DNA from: an uncultured Bacilli bacterium
Lineage (GTDB): Bacteria > Bacillota_I > Bacilli_A > RF39 > UBA660
DNA length: 64,000 nt
Direction: 5' to 3'
NCBI GenBank assembly: GCA_947628435.1
Contig: CANQZW010000001.1
Coordinates: forward strand, 12,013-76,012
Position numbers and translations under genes: made by a program. Below the pieces are notes generated by a model. That model saw nothing but the letters and a program-made list of their open reading frames with translations. It had not been told where the DNA came from and ran no database searches. Below are positions 36,152-46,747 of this stretch, piece after piece. Position 1 is the first letter of the stretch. Each line of letters opens with the position of its first letter.

Positions 36152-38716
36152 TTAATCTTTTTTAGTTTTTTTGTTATTATTTAATAAAATATATAACAAC
36201 ATTAAAACTGCCGAAACACAAGTAATTATAAGGCCTTCTTTAAGTTTAACAGGATAAAAAACAAGTTTAATTTCATGCTCTTTAGAATCAACATCAAATC
36301 CTAAATATGAATTTGCTATTTTGTATGTGTTTGTCTTTTTTCCATCAACATAAACACTCCAGCCCTTATCATAAGCAATTGTTGTAAACGCACATTGATC
36401 ATTTTTAGCTTTTATTGTTCCTTTGATTAAAGAATCACTATATTTTTGTACCTTTAATTCACCATCTCTTATGTCATTATAAAAGTTTTTAAATACCTTA
36501 TCATTTATTTTATATGCATAAAACCTTAAATCCGCATCTGCGTTATCATTTAAATTAATTTTAATATCAAGATTATTACTTTCTTTATTTGTAGTACTTG
36601 CTATGTAATATTCATCAGACGTTATTGAATAATACTTACCATTAACTTCAAAACTATTAATTTTACTTCCTGCGATATATAAGTATATATCATCATTAAT
36701 AGAACTATCTAAAGTAATATTAAAACTATTTTCCGCTGAATTTAGTTTATATGTAAAAGATCCATTCGTATTATTTTTAAATGATTGCTCATTAATTGTA
36801 GCACCTGTTACGTTTAATACTTTAATTGGTATAAAAATATTATCATTACCAGTTGCCAAAGATACAAAATTTCTTTGATTTAAAAATGGATCATTTGACG
36901 TTAAACTCCAATTTTTAATATCTTTATTTACCATGTATATAATAGACGATGGATATTTATATTCACTTAAATTATAAGAATTACTAGAGGTTATGTATTT
37001 ATAATTTTTATTATCTATATAATCACCCATTATGTATTTTATATTAAACATCGTATTATAAACTGGAGTATTTAAATAGTTATAATAATAACTATTTATG
37101 TCATTACCAGCAATACCAATCATTCTTTGAAATTTTGCAACATCATAATAAGCCATTGATGAAAATGTAGAAATTCCTTTGTAGTTATACCATGCTCCAT
37201 CATTTAAAGTTAAGTAATCTGTTTTTTCCATTCGATAAAGATTATTATCAATGTTTTTAGCAGTTAATATCAAATTATAATATGGTTTTTTATCAGACAT
37301 AAAGGTTTTAATATCATGATCTATTTTCCAATTAACATTAATTGAATAAACGCATTCAAAACATGTAACTAAAATCATTAGAATACTTATTATTTTTGAT
37401 GGAATTTTTTTATTAAAGGATAACAAATATATAATGTAATAGCAAGCAACAATTATAAGACATATTATTATTCTATCATCACTTAAATTTTTAAATGATA
37501 ATTTAGATGCCAACATAATAAATAAAAATATTATCATAAAACAAATGCTAACTAATAACTTATTTGTTTTATTTATATTAATACATGAATAATACGCTAA
37601 TGATACTAAGCCAAATACATATATAAAAGAATAACGCCATGGCAAATCATTTGGAACATGAAAAGCATGCCAAATAAAATCTATTGTATTTAAATTAAAT
37701 GACAAGTAAAAAAATACAAAAAATAATATAGCTAATAATTTTACTTTTTTATTTATTTTTTTATTTATAAATAAAACTAGCAACATTAAAAGTGTTATTA
37801 ACCCACAATATACGTTAGGCAAAGGTAATACATCACTTGAAAAAACAGTTCTATTACTAGATGATATATGATTAAATAAATAATCTAGTATTTTAAAATT
37901 CGTACTTAATTGAGGAAAAGAATCTTTTGTTGCAGAAATACTTTGAAGTGAATAAAAAAGTGGTAATAGCAAAAAAGAAACAAGACCTGCTGCTAAAATA
38001 GAAAAACAAAAAAACATTAAAAACTTTGAAATTATATTTTTTATTTTAAAATTACCCCTATACCAAAAATAACCTAAGAAATAAAATACGCTAAAAATAC
38101 ATATCATATATCCAATAAAATAATTAGAAAATAACATTATTGCTAATGCTATGGTATAAAAAACAGGTTTTTTTTCATCTACTATTTTATTTATACCGAG
38201 CATGATAAGAGGTAAAAAAACCATTCCATCAAGCCACATTATGTTCCAATAATAAGCGCAAAAGTATCCTGAAAAAGCGTATAAAATTGAAAAAACGCAT
38301 AAAAGAAAATTATTATTTTTAAAAGTATTTTTTAAATAATAACACATCGTTACAGAACCAAAAATAACTTTTAAAGCTATAATTATCGAAAATGAAACAA
38401 CAATGTTTTCTTTTTTAAATAAAAACATTACAATATTAAAAGGACTAGATAAATAATTTGCAAAATTACGATAAAAAGCAATACCACCACCAGTATTAAA
38501 TGAGTATAAAATACCTTGTCCATGTTTTAACCGATCATATAACTCATTTAATAAAGGGCCATACTGATGATAAAAATCTACGTCTAACATTGAATTATTT
38601 CCAAAAGGAGATATTTTTTGAAGAGTATAGATAACTATCATTGAAAATGTTGATAAAATAAAAGTTAATAATATCCATTTATTTTTTTTAATAACATCTA
38701 AAAACTTTTTTTTCAT
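36152..38716 (-). CDS. YfhO-family polytopic membrane glycosyltransferase-like protein
   Basis: ~855 aa. Many N-terminal TM helices and a large C-terminal extracytoplasmic domain ending in a TM, the YfhO architecture. Confidence 0.7.
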   Translation of the reverse strand: MKKKFLDVIKKNKWILLTFILSTFSMIVIYTLQKISPFGNNSMLDVDFYHQYGPLLNELYDRLKHGQGILYSFNTGGGIAFYRNFANYLSSPFNIVMFLFKKENIVVSFSIIIALKVIFGSVTMCYYLKNTFKNNNFLLCVFSILYAFSGYFCAYYWNIMWLDGMVFLPLIMLGINKIVDEKKPVFYTIALAIMLFSNYFIGYMICIFSVFYFLGYFWYRGNFKIKNIISKFLMFFCFSILAAGLVSFLLLPLFYSLQSISATKDSFPQLSTNFKILDYLFNHISSSNRTVFSSDVLPLPNVYCGLITLLMLLVLFINKKINKKVKLLAILFFVFFYLSFNLNTIDFIWHAFHVPNDLPWRYSFIYVFGLVSLAYYSCININKTNKLLVSICFMIIFLFIMLASKLSFKNLSDDRIIICLIIVACYYIIYLLSFNKKIPSKIISILMILVTCFECVYSINVNWKIDHDIKTFMSDKKPYYNLILTAKNIDNNLYRMEKTDYLTLNDGAWYNYKGISTFSSMAYYDVAKFQRMIGIAGNDINSYYYNYLNTPVYNTMFNIKYIMGDYIDNKNYKYITSSNSYNLSEYKYPSSIIYMVNKDIKNWSLTSNDPFLNQRNFVSLATGNDNIFIPIKVLNVTGATINEQSFKNNTNGSFTYKLNSAENSFNITLDSSINDDIYLYIAGSKINSFEVNGKYYSITSDEYYIASTTNKESNNLDIKINLNDNADADLRFYAYKINDKVFKNFYNDIRDGELKVQKYSDSLIKGTIKAKNDQCAFTTIAYDKGWSVYVDGKKTNTYKIANSYLGFDVDSKEHEIKLVFYPVKLKEGLIITCVSAVLMLLYILLNNNKKTKKD

Positions 38717-38770
38717 ATTATCACCATGTAAATGATAACATAAAAATATAATTATAAGCAATTACTTTTA

Positions 38771-39508
38771 TTACTCTAATACGTTTTTAATGTTATTTAT
38801 ATTATTTTTCTCATATACACATAGCTTATCATTTATATCGACAGTAGCTAACAAAATGTTATCATATGATTTATATCCTTTTATTTTTAAAGCTTTTTTT
38901 AACCACTGTTCATCTTTTCCAATCTTTTGTAAATTTTTAGGAATTATTTTTTCATCTATAATAACATTTGCACATAATCCTTTTTTTGAAGGCTTTAAAT
39001 TCATATCCTTTACGGTAACAGGATTATTTTCATCTTTAAGTAGGAAACTAACCTTTCCATTAGCCTCCATTAATGCATATTTTATTTCGCTAATATCAAA
39101 ATATCCTGCTATTCTAGCTGTTTCTAAAAAATCATTAATATCTAATTTTAATCTTTTTAAATTCTTATATATAAACTTACCATCTTCTATTATAAGAGTT
39201 GGACTACCAATTAAAAATCTTCTTAATAAAATACTTTTCATAGTAAATATAGATACTAACGTAGCAATAAGTCCAAATATTATAACCGCTATAAAACCAT
39301 TCATAATTTGAACATCCAAATTCATTGAAATTTCGGCAGCAAAATTACCTATTGAAATACTTATAACATAGTCAAACAAACTAAGCTCTGATACTTGTTT
39401 TTTACCAATTATTTTAGTTATAAAAAATAAAGTAGCTAAACAAAACAAAGCACGACAGGATACAACCCAAACTTCATACCAATTTGTATTTAAAATATCA
39501 TTTAACAT
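38771..39508 (-). CDS. DUF421/YetF-family membrane protein
   Basis: Two N-terminal TM helices and a YetF-like C-terminal domain. Confidence 0.55.
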   Translation of the reverse strand: MLNDILNTNWYEVWVVSCRALFCLATLFFITKIIGKKQVSELSLFDYVISISIGNFAAEISMNLDVQIMNGFIAVIIFGLIATLVSIFTMKSILLRRFLIGSPTLIIEDGKFIYKNLKRLKLDINDFLETARIAGYFDISEIKYALMEANGKVSFLLKDENNPVTVKDMNLKPSKKGLCANVIIDEKIIPKNLQKIGKDEQWLKKALKIKGYKSYDNILLATVDINDKLCVYEKNNINNIKNVLE

Positions 39509-39582
39509 ATAAACTCACCCATTTATATGTTTATCTTTTAATAAAATATTATACAAAAAAAGTTCCAAAGGAACTTTTACAC

Positions 39583-39969
39583 TTACTTTTTAATACACTT
39601 TAAATCACTTGTATTTGTTTTATAACAAACATTAATTTTCTTATAATCATCAACGTTTATTTCTATACTTTTATCTTCTTTATTAACACTTATTTTATCA
39701 GAGTTATCTGTTTTATATTCAACATAAATAACATTAGAACCACAATCAATCGTATTTTTACTTAATACACATGAATTTATGTGATTATTATATACGGTAC
39801 CAACCGTATATTTAGGATTAAAATCAATAGTTAATACGTTATAACCTATAACTGCTATTATTGCTACAACAACAAATACAAATAAACACATAATTATTGA
39901 TTCCTTTTTAGTTTTTTCATCTGCTAATTTTGGTCTTCCTACTTTAGCTTTTTCTTCATTTTTTTTCAT
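39583..39969 (-). CDS. small single-pass membrane protein with N-terminal KVGRPKLAD motif (family member 3)
   Basis: MKKNEEKAKVGRPKLADEKTKKESIIMCLFVFVVVAIIAV..., a 128-aa ORF directly after member 2. Confidence 0.5.
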   Translation of the reverse strand: MKKNEEKAKVGRPKLADEKTKKESIIMCLFVFVVVAIIAVIGYNVLTIDFNPKYTVGTVYNNHINSCVLSKNTIDCGSNVIYVEYKTDNSDKISVNKEDKSIEINVDDYKKINVCYKTNTSDLKCIKK

Positions 39970-39984
39970 TTTAACACCTTCCTT

Positions 39985-41046
39985 TTAATCAATATTGGAA
40001 TTTCTTCTTCCAATAATACTACTTTTTGTTATGGTTTTAAGTCTATCACTTCCATCAACGCTATACTCAACATTAAAATATAAAACCCTAGTAACATCAC
40101 TTTCCTCAAATAAAATTGTATCTGCCAAACTACTTGAATCAATTCCAACGTAACTACCATTACCTATTTTATATGCTATTTTAGAAACCGTAGCGTTATT
40201 ACAGGTGATATCATACTTAGCACTATTTAATTTTACTTCTTTAATCGTTAAAATGCAACTACCATTTGTTTTTTTAGTAGTTGAAATATTATTAATCGTT
40301 CTTGTAGAATATTTTGTAACCTTACTATTATTTGGATAATAAACTACCTTTAAAGTAATTTTCTTCTTCATTTGATTTTCAGAAAATTTAATCGTATCAC
40401 TTAACTTTTTAGTAAGTAATTTTTCATAATCTCCATCACCAATTTTATACTGAATTTCTTTTATTTTAGCATTAGAACAAGTAAGATCATAACTAATTCC
40501 ATCATTACGTTTATCAACAGAAGAAAAGCTACACTTACCATCAGCATTTTTGATAACGGTAACATTAAAGTACGCAGTTTTAAACGAACCATCAGTGGTT
40601 GTTGCTTTTATCTTAGCAGTTCCTTGTTTTAGTCCGGTAACTACTCCATTACTATCAACCTCAGCCACTTCATTATCCGAACTTTCATACATAATAGTTT
40701 TATCACTAGCACTTGCAGGCAATACCGTCAAATAAAGTTTTCTTGCAGTTTTCTCTTTTAATGTTATATCCTTATTTATAGGAGTTAAATCAGTTACTAA
40801 AACTTTTTCATTACCACTATAAGGCGTATTTACCATACCTCTTAAATTAATGTTTCTAAATCCAAATAAACTACCATAACCAAATATTAATAAAATAATA
40901 ACCGCAAAAAAAGATAAACTTGCAATAATCAATGATTTTCTTTTTGTCTTTTTATCAGCTAATTTTGGCCTTCCTACTTTTCTTTTAATATCATCATCAA
41001 AATCTAAGTATTCAATTTTCTCCTTTTTCATTATAATCACATCCAT
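39985..41046 (-). CDS. single-pass membrane protein with N-terminal KVGRPKLAD motif, a Big_2-like Ig domain and two tandem Cys-containing repeats (family member 2)
   Basis: KRKVGRPKLADKKTKRKSLIIASLSFFAVIIL. Big_2-like VAEVDSNGVVTGLKQGTAKIKATTTDG. Internal repeat DGKCSFSSV..YDLTCSNAKIKEIQYKIGDG and NGSCILTIK..YDITCNNATVSKIAYKIGNG. Confidence 0.55.
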   Translation of the reverse strand: MDVIIMKKEKIEYLDFDDDIKRKVGRPKLADKKTKRKSLIIASLSFFAVIILLIFGYGSLFGFRNINLRGMVNTPYSGNEKVLVTDLTPINKDITLKEKTARKLYLTVLPASASDKTIMYESSDNEVAEVDSNGVVTGLKQGTAKIKATTTDGSFKTAYFNVTVIKNADGKCSFSSVDKRNDGISYDLTCSNAKIKEIQYKIGDGDYEKLLTKKLSDTIKFSENQMKKKITLKVVYYPNNSKVTKYSTRTINNISTTKKTNGSCILTIKEVKLNSAKYDITCNNATVSKIAYKIGNGSYVGIDSSSLADTILFEESDVTRVLYFNVEYSVDGSDRLKTITKSSIIGRRNSNID

Positions 41047-41129
41047 TTATTACTATTATCTATTAAAATCTTATCATTAAAAATATTCCCAGTAAATATG
41101 AATATATACGTTTTGTAAACCAGTTTTAC

Positions 41130-41165
41130 ATAAAAAAAACACCTATTTTTTTAAAGGTGTTTTAT
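41130..41165 (-). terminator. intrinsic terminator after the tad operon
   Basis: Minus strand AAACACCTTTAAAAAAATAGGTGTTTTTTTT. Confidence 0.6.
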
Positions 41166-41317
41166 GATAAGTTAATATTTCTTCAGGAATTTCTTTAGAC
41201 TCATCGTTATCAACGTATTTAACAGCGTTTTGATATATCATATCTATTTTTTCTTCTTTTTACTTATTACACATATTTTATGTTTTTTTCAAGAAAAAAA
41301 GCTTATTAAATAAGATT

Positions 41318-42022
41318 TTAACCAACCATAAATTCTATTAAAACAGGGCCTAATATAATAAGTAAAATAAGAGGTATAAAAAATAGAACAGAAAATATAC
41401 TTATTTTATTTGGAATTTTATTTATTTGAGCCTTTATATCCATTATTTGTTTATCTTTTAGAAAATCTAACTGATTATACATAGTTTCTATAATACTATT
41501 ACCAAATAAATTAGATTGTTCCATATTTAAAATAATATTATTTATCGTTAAACTAGGTATTCTAAGACTCATTAAAGATAAAGCTTCTGTTAATGATTTA
41601 CCAAAATTAACTTGTTTTAGTGTTTCTTTAAATTCATCTGATATTTCAGAATCTATGTATTTACAAGCCATTTTTATGGCGTTTTCTAAGTTTCTACCCG
41701 ATTCTAGGGCTAAAGTTAATACTTCAAAATAATAATATGCCTCATTATTTAATTTAGCCTCTCTTTTTTTAAGTGGTTTATCAATCATTAAATAATTAAC
41801 AAGAAAATACCATAAAACGGTTATTATTGGTGCTAAAACAGCTCCTGAATCCACAAATAAAAATACTATTACAAAAACTACTATTGAAGTATAAAATCTA
41901 AAATTCATAAAGTAATTGGTATCGAATTTTTTACTAACCCCGAATAAATTTATTTTAGCTTCTGTTTTTTTTATATCTTTTTCACGGTATATACGGTATA
42001 TAAATGATCTTTTTTCTTTCAT
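41318..42022 (-). CDS. tadC: type II secretion system F-domain protein, TadC-like
   Basis: 234 aa, T2SSF-like helical membrane protein at the end of the cpaF operon. Confidence 0.6.
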   Translation of the reverse strand: MKEKRSFIYRIYREKDIKKTEAKINLFGVSKKFDTNYFMNFRFYTSIVVFVIVFLFVDSGAVLAPIITVLWYFLVNYLMIDKPLKKREAKLNNEAYYYFEVLTLALESGRNLENAIKMACKYIDSEISDEFKETLKQVNFGKSLTEALSLMSLRIPSLTINNIILNMEQSNLFGNSIIETMYNQLDFLKDKQIMDIKAQINKIPNKISIFSVLFFIPLILLIILGPVLIEFMVG

Positions 42023-42023
42023 A

Positions 42024-43016
42024 TTATAACCTCACCTTCATTATGCGATTAACAAAATAAGCATATAGCAAGTATATAACTATTATTATAAATAGTATAA
42101 AATTACCTAATGTTGTATTTATAAGAGGCATAAAATAATCAGGTTTTAAAAAGGTAATAAATATAACAAAAACAAAAGGACTAAAAAGTAATATTTTACA
42201 TATCATAGTCGAACTAGAGGTAAGAGATTTCATTTCTTGTTTTAACTTTCTTTTATTAAAAAGCATTTTTTCAATCGAAGAAAATACTTTTATAATATTA
42301 CCACCAGTTTTATTTAATATACTTAAAGATGAGGTAATATAATTTACTTCTTCAGATTCTACTCTCTTACTAAAACGTTCAAAAACGACATCTAAAGATA
42401 AGCCATAGCTTATTTCTAAGTGCATCTTTTTAAATTCTTGTTTAATTGGACCTTTTAGTTCTTGAGCAACAATTTCTATTGCTTGCATTGTACTTCTTCC
42501 AGATCTAAATGCATTATTCATTATTATTATTGCGTTTAATAATTCTTGTTCTACTTGTTTTTTCTTTATATAATCATTAATTTTAAAATATATATCAAGA
42601 AGGAAAAAGCCAAGTAATCCTGGAAGTAATATATCCAAAATAGTTGGTATTACTCCTTCTATTATTCTTGCAAATGATACAATAAATATGAAAAATATAC
42701 TTATTAAAAACTTATTACTAACAAAATCCATTGATATCATATTATTTTTATTTTCATATGAAATATATTTATTATATTTATATGAATATTTAACCATAAT
42801 ATCAGATTTTTTTAATATTTTACTTATTTTAAATAATAACTTTAAATACTTATTATAAAGTAAATCAAAGAGTGAAACATCATTATTTTTTATTGATTCT
42901 ATACTATACTTTGATATTCTTCGCTCTATATTAAGTGCTTTATTATAACTAATTAAATAAAAAATTATAAAAGCAAGAAATATCATAATTAATGTTTGAA
43001 TAATAAAAACATTCAT
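42024..43016 (-). CDS. tadB: type II secretion system F-domain protein, TadB-like
   Basis: 330 aa, T2SSF-type, immediately downstream of cpaF. Confidence 0.6.
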   Translation of the reverse strand: MNVFIIQTLIMIFLAFIIFYLISYNKALNIERRISKYSIESIKNNDVSLFDLLYNKYLKLLFKISKILKKSDIMVKYSYKYNKYISYENKNNMISMDFVSNKFLISIFFIFIVSFARIIEGVIPTILDILLPGLLGFFLLDIYFKINDYIKKKQVEQELLNAIIIMNNAFRSGRSTMQAIEIVAQELKGPIKQEFKKMHLEISYGLSLDVVFERFSKRVESEEVNYITSSLSILNKTGGNIIKVFSSIEKMLFNKRKLKQEMKSLTSSSTMICKILLFSPFVFVIFITFLKPDYFMPLINTTLGNFILFIIIVIYLLYAYFVNRIMKVRL

Positions 43017-43035
43017 AAAAATTCACCTTCTTTCA

Positions 43036-44370
43036 TCACTTTTTAAATTTAAATATATCTTCTATATCATCAATACCCTTATTTTTAATTTTTTTATAAA
43101 CGTTTGGTACTCTTTTTTTAAGTTCAAAAGCACCATCTACCTCTCCATCTTGAGTTAACCCTGTTTGCTTAAAACTAAAGATTTCCTTAAGTTCTATTAC
43201 ATCATCTTTAAAACCATCTACCTCACATATGCTAGTTACTTTTCTTCTACCATCTGATAGTCTTGATACGTTAACAACCAAATCAATTGCATTTTCTATA
43301 TACTCACGAATTGCTTTAATTGGAATATCCATTCCTGCCATTAAAACTAAAGTTTCTAGTCTGTTTAAAGCATCATATGGACTGTTAGCATGCATTGTTG
43401 TTAAAGACCCATCGTGACCTGTATTCATAGCTTGTAACATATCAAATGCTTCTTTTCCACGCACCTCACCAACAATAATTCTATCTGGTCTCATACGTAG
43501 GGAATTTATAACTAAATCACGTATTGTTATTTCCCCTGTTCCCTCATAATTAACAAGCCTTGTTTCAAGACCTATAACGTGGGATTGTTTAAGTCTTAAC
43601 TCCGCTGCATCCTCAATGGTTATAATACGTTCATGATCTCCTATAAACGATGATAATGCATTTAAAAGGGTTGTTTTACCACTTCCTGTACCACCACAGA
43701 TGATTATGTTTAATTTTGCACGAATAGATGCATCTAAAAATCTTGCCATATAAGGAGTTAATGCACCAGTTCTTAAAAAATCATCAATTGATTGCATATC
43801 ACGTCTGAATTTTCTTATCGTAACTACTGGTCCTTTTAAAGATAATGGTGGAATTACAGCATTTAACCTAGAGCCATCTTCTAATCTTGCATCAACCATT
43901 GGATTTGCAGTATCAATCGTTCTACCTAACGGCTGAACAATTTTTTGAATTGTTCTTATAATATGCTCATCATTTATAAATGATATGGAATCATCTTTAC
44001 TTATTTGTCCATCAATTTCAACATAAACCTCATTTTTACCATTAACCATTATTTCGGTAATATTTGGATCCTCAAGTAACTCTGTTATTGGTCCATATCC
44101 GTTTATTTCATTATCTATAAGGTTAAAAATGTGATTACGTTCTAAATTAGTCAAATCATAACCTAATAAAGCTTTATCAATCTCATCATTTATATATTCA
44201 TGTAATAACTTATTATTAGGTATTTTATCATCAATTAAATTTGATATTATGGTATTTCTTAGGTTATCTAATAACTCTTTATCTTTAAAAATTTCATAAT
44301 CTGCAACTGGTTTAGTTACAACTTTTTCCTCTTTTATTTTAAATTCATCAATTAATTTTTTCATAGCCAT
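43036..44370 (-). CDS. cpaF: CpaF/TadA-family pilus assembly ATPase (VirB11/GspE superfamily)
   Basis: Walker [15 protein letters not shown], Asp box and His box, 444 aa, typical CpaF size. Confidence 0.9.
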   Translation of the reverse strand: MAMKKLIDEFKIKEEKVVTKPVADYEIFKDKELLDNLRNTIISNLIDDKIPNNKLLHEYINDEIDKALLGYDLTNLERNHIFNLIDNEINGYGPITELLEDPNITEIMVNGKNEVYVEIDGQISKDDSISFINDEHIIRTIQKIVQPLGRTIDTANPMVDARLEDGSRLNAVIPPLSLKGPVVTIRKFRRDMQSIDDFLRTGALTPYMARFLDASIRAKLNIIICGGTGSGKTTLLNALSSFIGDHERIITIEDAAELRLKQSHVIGLETRLVNYEGTGEITIRDLVINSLRMRPDRIIVGEVRGKEAFDMLQAMNTGHDGSLTTMHANSPYDALNRLETLVLMAGMDIPIKAIREYIENAIDLVVNVSRLSDGRRKVTSICEVDGFKDDVIELKEIFSFKQTGLTQDGEVDGAFELKKRVPNVYKKIKNKGIDDIEDIFKFKK

Positions 44371-44372
44371 AT

Positions 44373-45152
44373 TTATTTGCCTTTCTCAGCCTTGGTTTTA
44401 GTATCTATTAAAGCCGAAGCAAGTTTAGTAAGTTTCATAATATCACTTTTTTTAGAAGATCTTATTTTTTTATTAAGAGTTAATATTTCTCCTTCAATAA
44501 CATATTTATCAATATCTTTTATGTAAAAAGATCTATCTATCGTATAATCAATATTATGCTTAATTATATTTTTAACATCAAACAAAGAAAAATAATCCTT
44601 ACCAGTATCTTTTGACGAATTAAATACGATTTTATAATTACTTTTTTCAGTATCTTCAAATATAGCAATCATACTTCTTGCATTTTTTAAATCAACTGGA
44701 TCATTAGTAATAAGAAATACCGTATTATCACTTTTATCTAAAGCGGATAAAGAAATAGGATTTAAATTATGCGCAGTATCAATTAAAATAACATCATACT
44801 TATATATACAAGATGTAATTAATAAATCAACGTATTTAGAATCAATTTTAAAAGCATTTCTAGGGTCTTTAGGAGCAGATAAAACATCTATTTTATCATT
44901 ATACTTACATACATAATTCAATATGCTTTCAAACCTATTATTACTTATATCATCTACCGCATTAAAAATTGTTTTATTAACATTAACATTTAAACTAAGT
45001 GCAATACCGCCACCATCTAAGTCTAAATCCATTATTAAAACTTTTTTATCCATTAAACTATATATTCCTGCCAAATTAATGGTAGTAGTAGTTTTACCAA
45101 CCCCACCTTTACAAGAAAAGACAGTTATTATTTTAGCAGCATCTTTTTTCAT
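44373..45152 (-). CDS. cpaE: CpaE/TadZ-like ParA/MinD-family ATPase
   Basis: Deviant Walker A SCKGGVGKTT. It sits immediately upstream of cpaF. Confidence 0.75.
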   Translation of the reverse strand: MKKDAAKIITVFSCKGGVGKTTTTINLAGIYSLMDKKVLIMDLDLDGGGIALSLNVNVNKTIFNAVDDISNNRFESILNYVCKYNDKIDVLSAPKDPRNAFKIDSKYVDLLITSCIYKYDVILIDTAHNLNPISLSALDKSDNTVFLITNDPVDLKNARSMIAIFEDTEKSNYKIVFNSSKDTGKDYFSLFDVKNIIKHNIDYTIDRSFYIKDIDKYVIEGEILTLNKKIRSSKKSDIMKLTKLASALIDTKTKAEKGK

Positions 45153-45547
45153 TTTTTATCCTCCATTATAATTATTTTTTCATCTTGTAATATTGCAGTA
45201 TACGAACATTTTTCCTTATAAAATTCTTTTCCTATTATACTCCCAAAAAATCCTTTAGTAGTTTTGTTAATACTAACATTTATCGTTTTATTATCATTAT
45301 CAATTTTAATATCATAATCATCTATTTCATTGTCATTTTTATTAATCAATGTAACCATTTGATCATAAGGATCCTCATTAATGTGACGCATTCCGTAATT
45401 TATTATCATTTTTGTTAATTCATTAAGTTTAATTTTATTATATTCAGCATAACCAACATCAATAATTAAAGTACCTATCATTATCATAAGAGGAATAAAA
45501 ACAATAAATATAACAAGACTTTGTCCACGGTTTGATAATCTATTCAT
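45149..45547 (-). CDS. TadE/TadG-like pseudopilin
   Basis: N-terminal NRGQSLVIFIVFIPLMIMIGTLIIDVG, the TadE-like N-terminal motif. Confidence 0.6.
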   Translation of the reverse strand: MNRLSNRGQSLVIFIVFIPLMIMIGTLIIDVGYAEYNKIKLNELTKMIINYGMRHINEDPYDQMVTLINKNDNEIDDYDIKIDNDNKTINVSINKTTKGFFGSIIGKEFYKEKCSYTAILQDEKIIIMEDKK

Positions 45548-45890
45548 TTTTTATCACCCTAGATACGGACACATCAAACAAATCCTTTTTTATATATGTT
45601 ATTCCAGGGGTAATTGGATTTATTTTTTTAACCAAATTAATAGTAACATATTCACCTTCTGTTACAAATTCAATATTAATTTTATCTTTAGAATTTTTAT
45701 TAATTAACTGAATTATTTCATCTTTAGAATTTCCATTTTGATAAAATGTAACAACATCTGATATTTTATTTTCTAAATCATTTTTTATTGAAATAATTCT
45801 TCCAAAATCAATCAAACAAAAAACAAGCAATATAAATATTGGAAGTATTATAACAAATTCAACAAGTGCTTGACCTTTTTTATTTCTCAT
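45540..45890 (-). CDS. tadE: TadE-like pseudopilin
   Basis: KGQALVEFVIILPIFILLVFCLIDFGRI, the canonical TadE N-terminus. Confidence 0.7.
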   Translation of the reverse strand: MRNKKGQALVEFVIILPIFILLVFCLIDFGRIISIKNDLENKISDVVTFYQNGNSKDEIIQLINKNSKDKINIEFVTEGEYVTINLVKKINPITPGITYIKKDLFDVSVSRVIKNE

Positions 45891-45993
45891 CTTCCATAGC
45901 CACCCCTACTATCAGTTCTAATTATAACAAAATAACTTAAATATTACAATTAATATTTAAAAATAATGTTGTATAATATATTTGGTGATACAA

Positions 45994-46503
45994 ATGAGAA
46001 TACTTATTATGTCTGATATTCATGGTGATTATTATGATTTATATAATATAATTAAAAAAGAAACTTTCGATCAAATTGCTATCTTAGGAGATTTATTTTC
46101 TTATGATTTTAATGATAATAAAAATAAAATAATAGAACTTTTACAAAAATATAAAAATAAACTTATTTTAATAAAAGGAAATTGTGACTCTTTAATTAAT
46201 TATGAAGCTTATATGCTCCAAAAATATGATGTTATAACACTTCCTTTTAATAATCATTTAGTAACGTTTACCCATGGAGATAAATACTCTAAAGGTTTTT
46301 TACCAAGTTATCATGGTGATATATTTATAAGTGGTCATACACACGTTTATTCTATTACAAAAGAATTTGATATGATATATGCAAATCCAGGCAGTGTAGG
46401 TTCTGCAAGATACGGAACAAAAAAATCATACATGATTTTTGATAATAACAAAATAACTATAAAAGATATTAATCAAAACATACTAAAAGAAATAGATATT
46501 TAA
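45994..46503 (+). CDS. YfcE/MJ0936-family metallophosphoesterase
   Basis: MRILIMSDIHGD...GDLF...GNCD...GHTH motifs. Confidence 0.8.
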   Translation: MRILIMSDIHGDYYDLYNIIKKETFDQIAILGDLFSYDFNDNKNKIIELLQKYKNKLILIKGNCDSLINYEAYMLQKYDVITLPFNNHLVTFTHGDKYSKGFLPSYHGDIFISGHTHVYSITKEFDMIYANPGSVGSARYGTKKSYMIFDNNKITIKDINQNILKEIDI

Positions 46504-46517
46504 AAATATTTAAAAAT

Positions 46518-46739
46518 CTATTTCTTTTCCTTTAATCTTTCCATTTTTTGTCGTATTAAAGACAAACGATCCTCCTTTGAATTCAAATCCAACACATAAA
46601 TGTAGCCTTTTTTTATAACAACATCTTTTTCATTAACTTCATAATTAAAATATTTTTTTTCAACCTCAAGCATAGTATTATCACTTAAATTTTGTAATAT
46701 TACTATATCATTTTCAATTCTATCAACCGCATATTTCAT
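46518..46739 (-). CDS. DUF3006-like small protein
   Basis: 73 aa. It is paired with a downstream MBL-fold protein, as commonly seen for DUF3006. Confidence 0.45.
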   Translation of the reverse strand: MKYAVDRIENDIVILQNLSDNTMLEVEKKYFNYEVNEKDVVIKKGYIYVLDLNSKEDRLSLIRQKMERLKEKK

Positions 46740-46747
46740 TTTATCAC

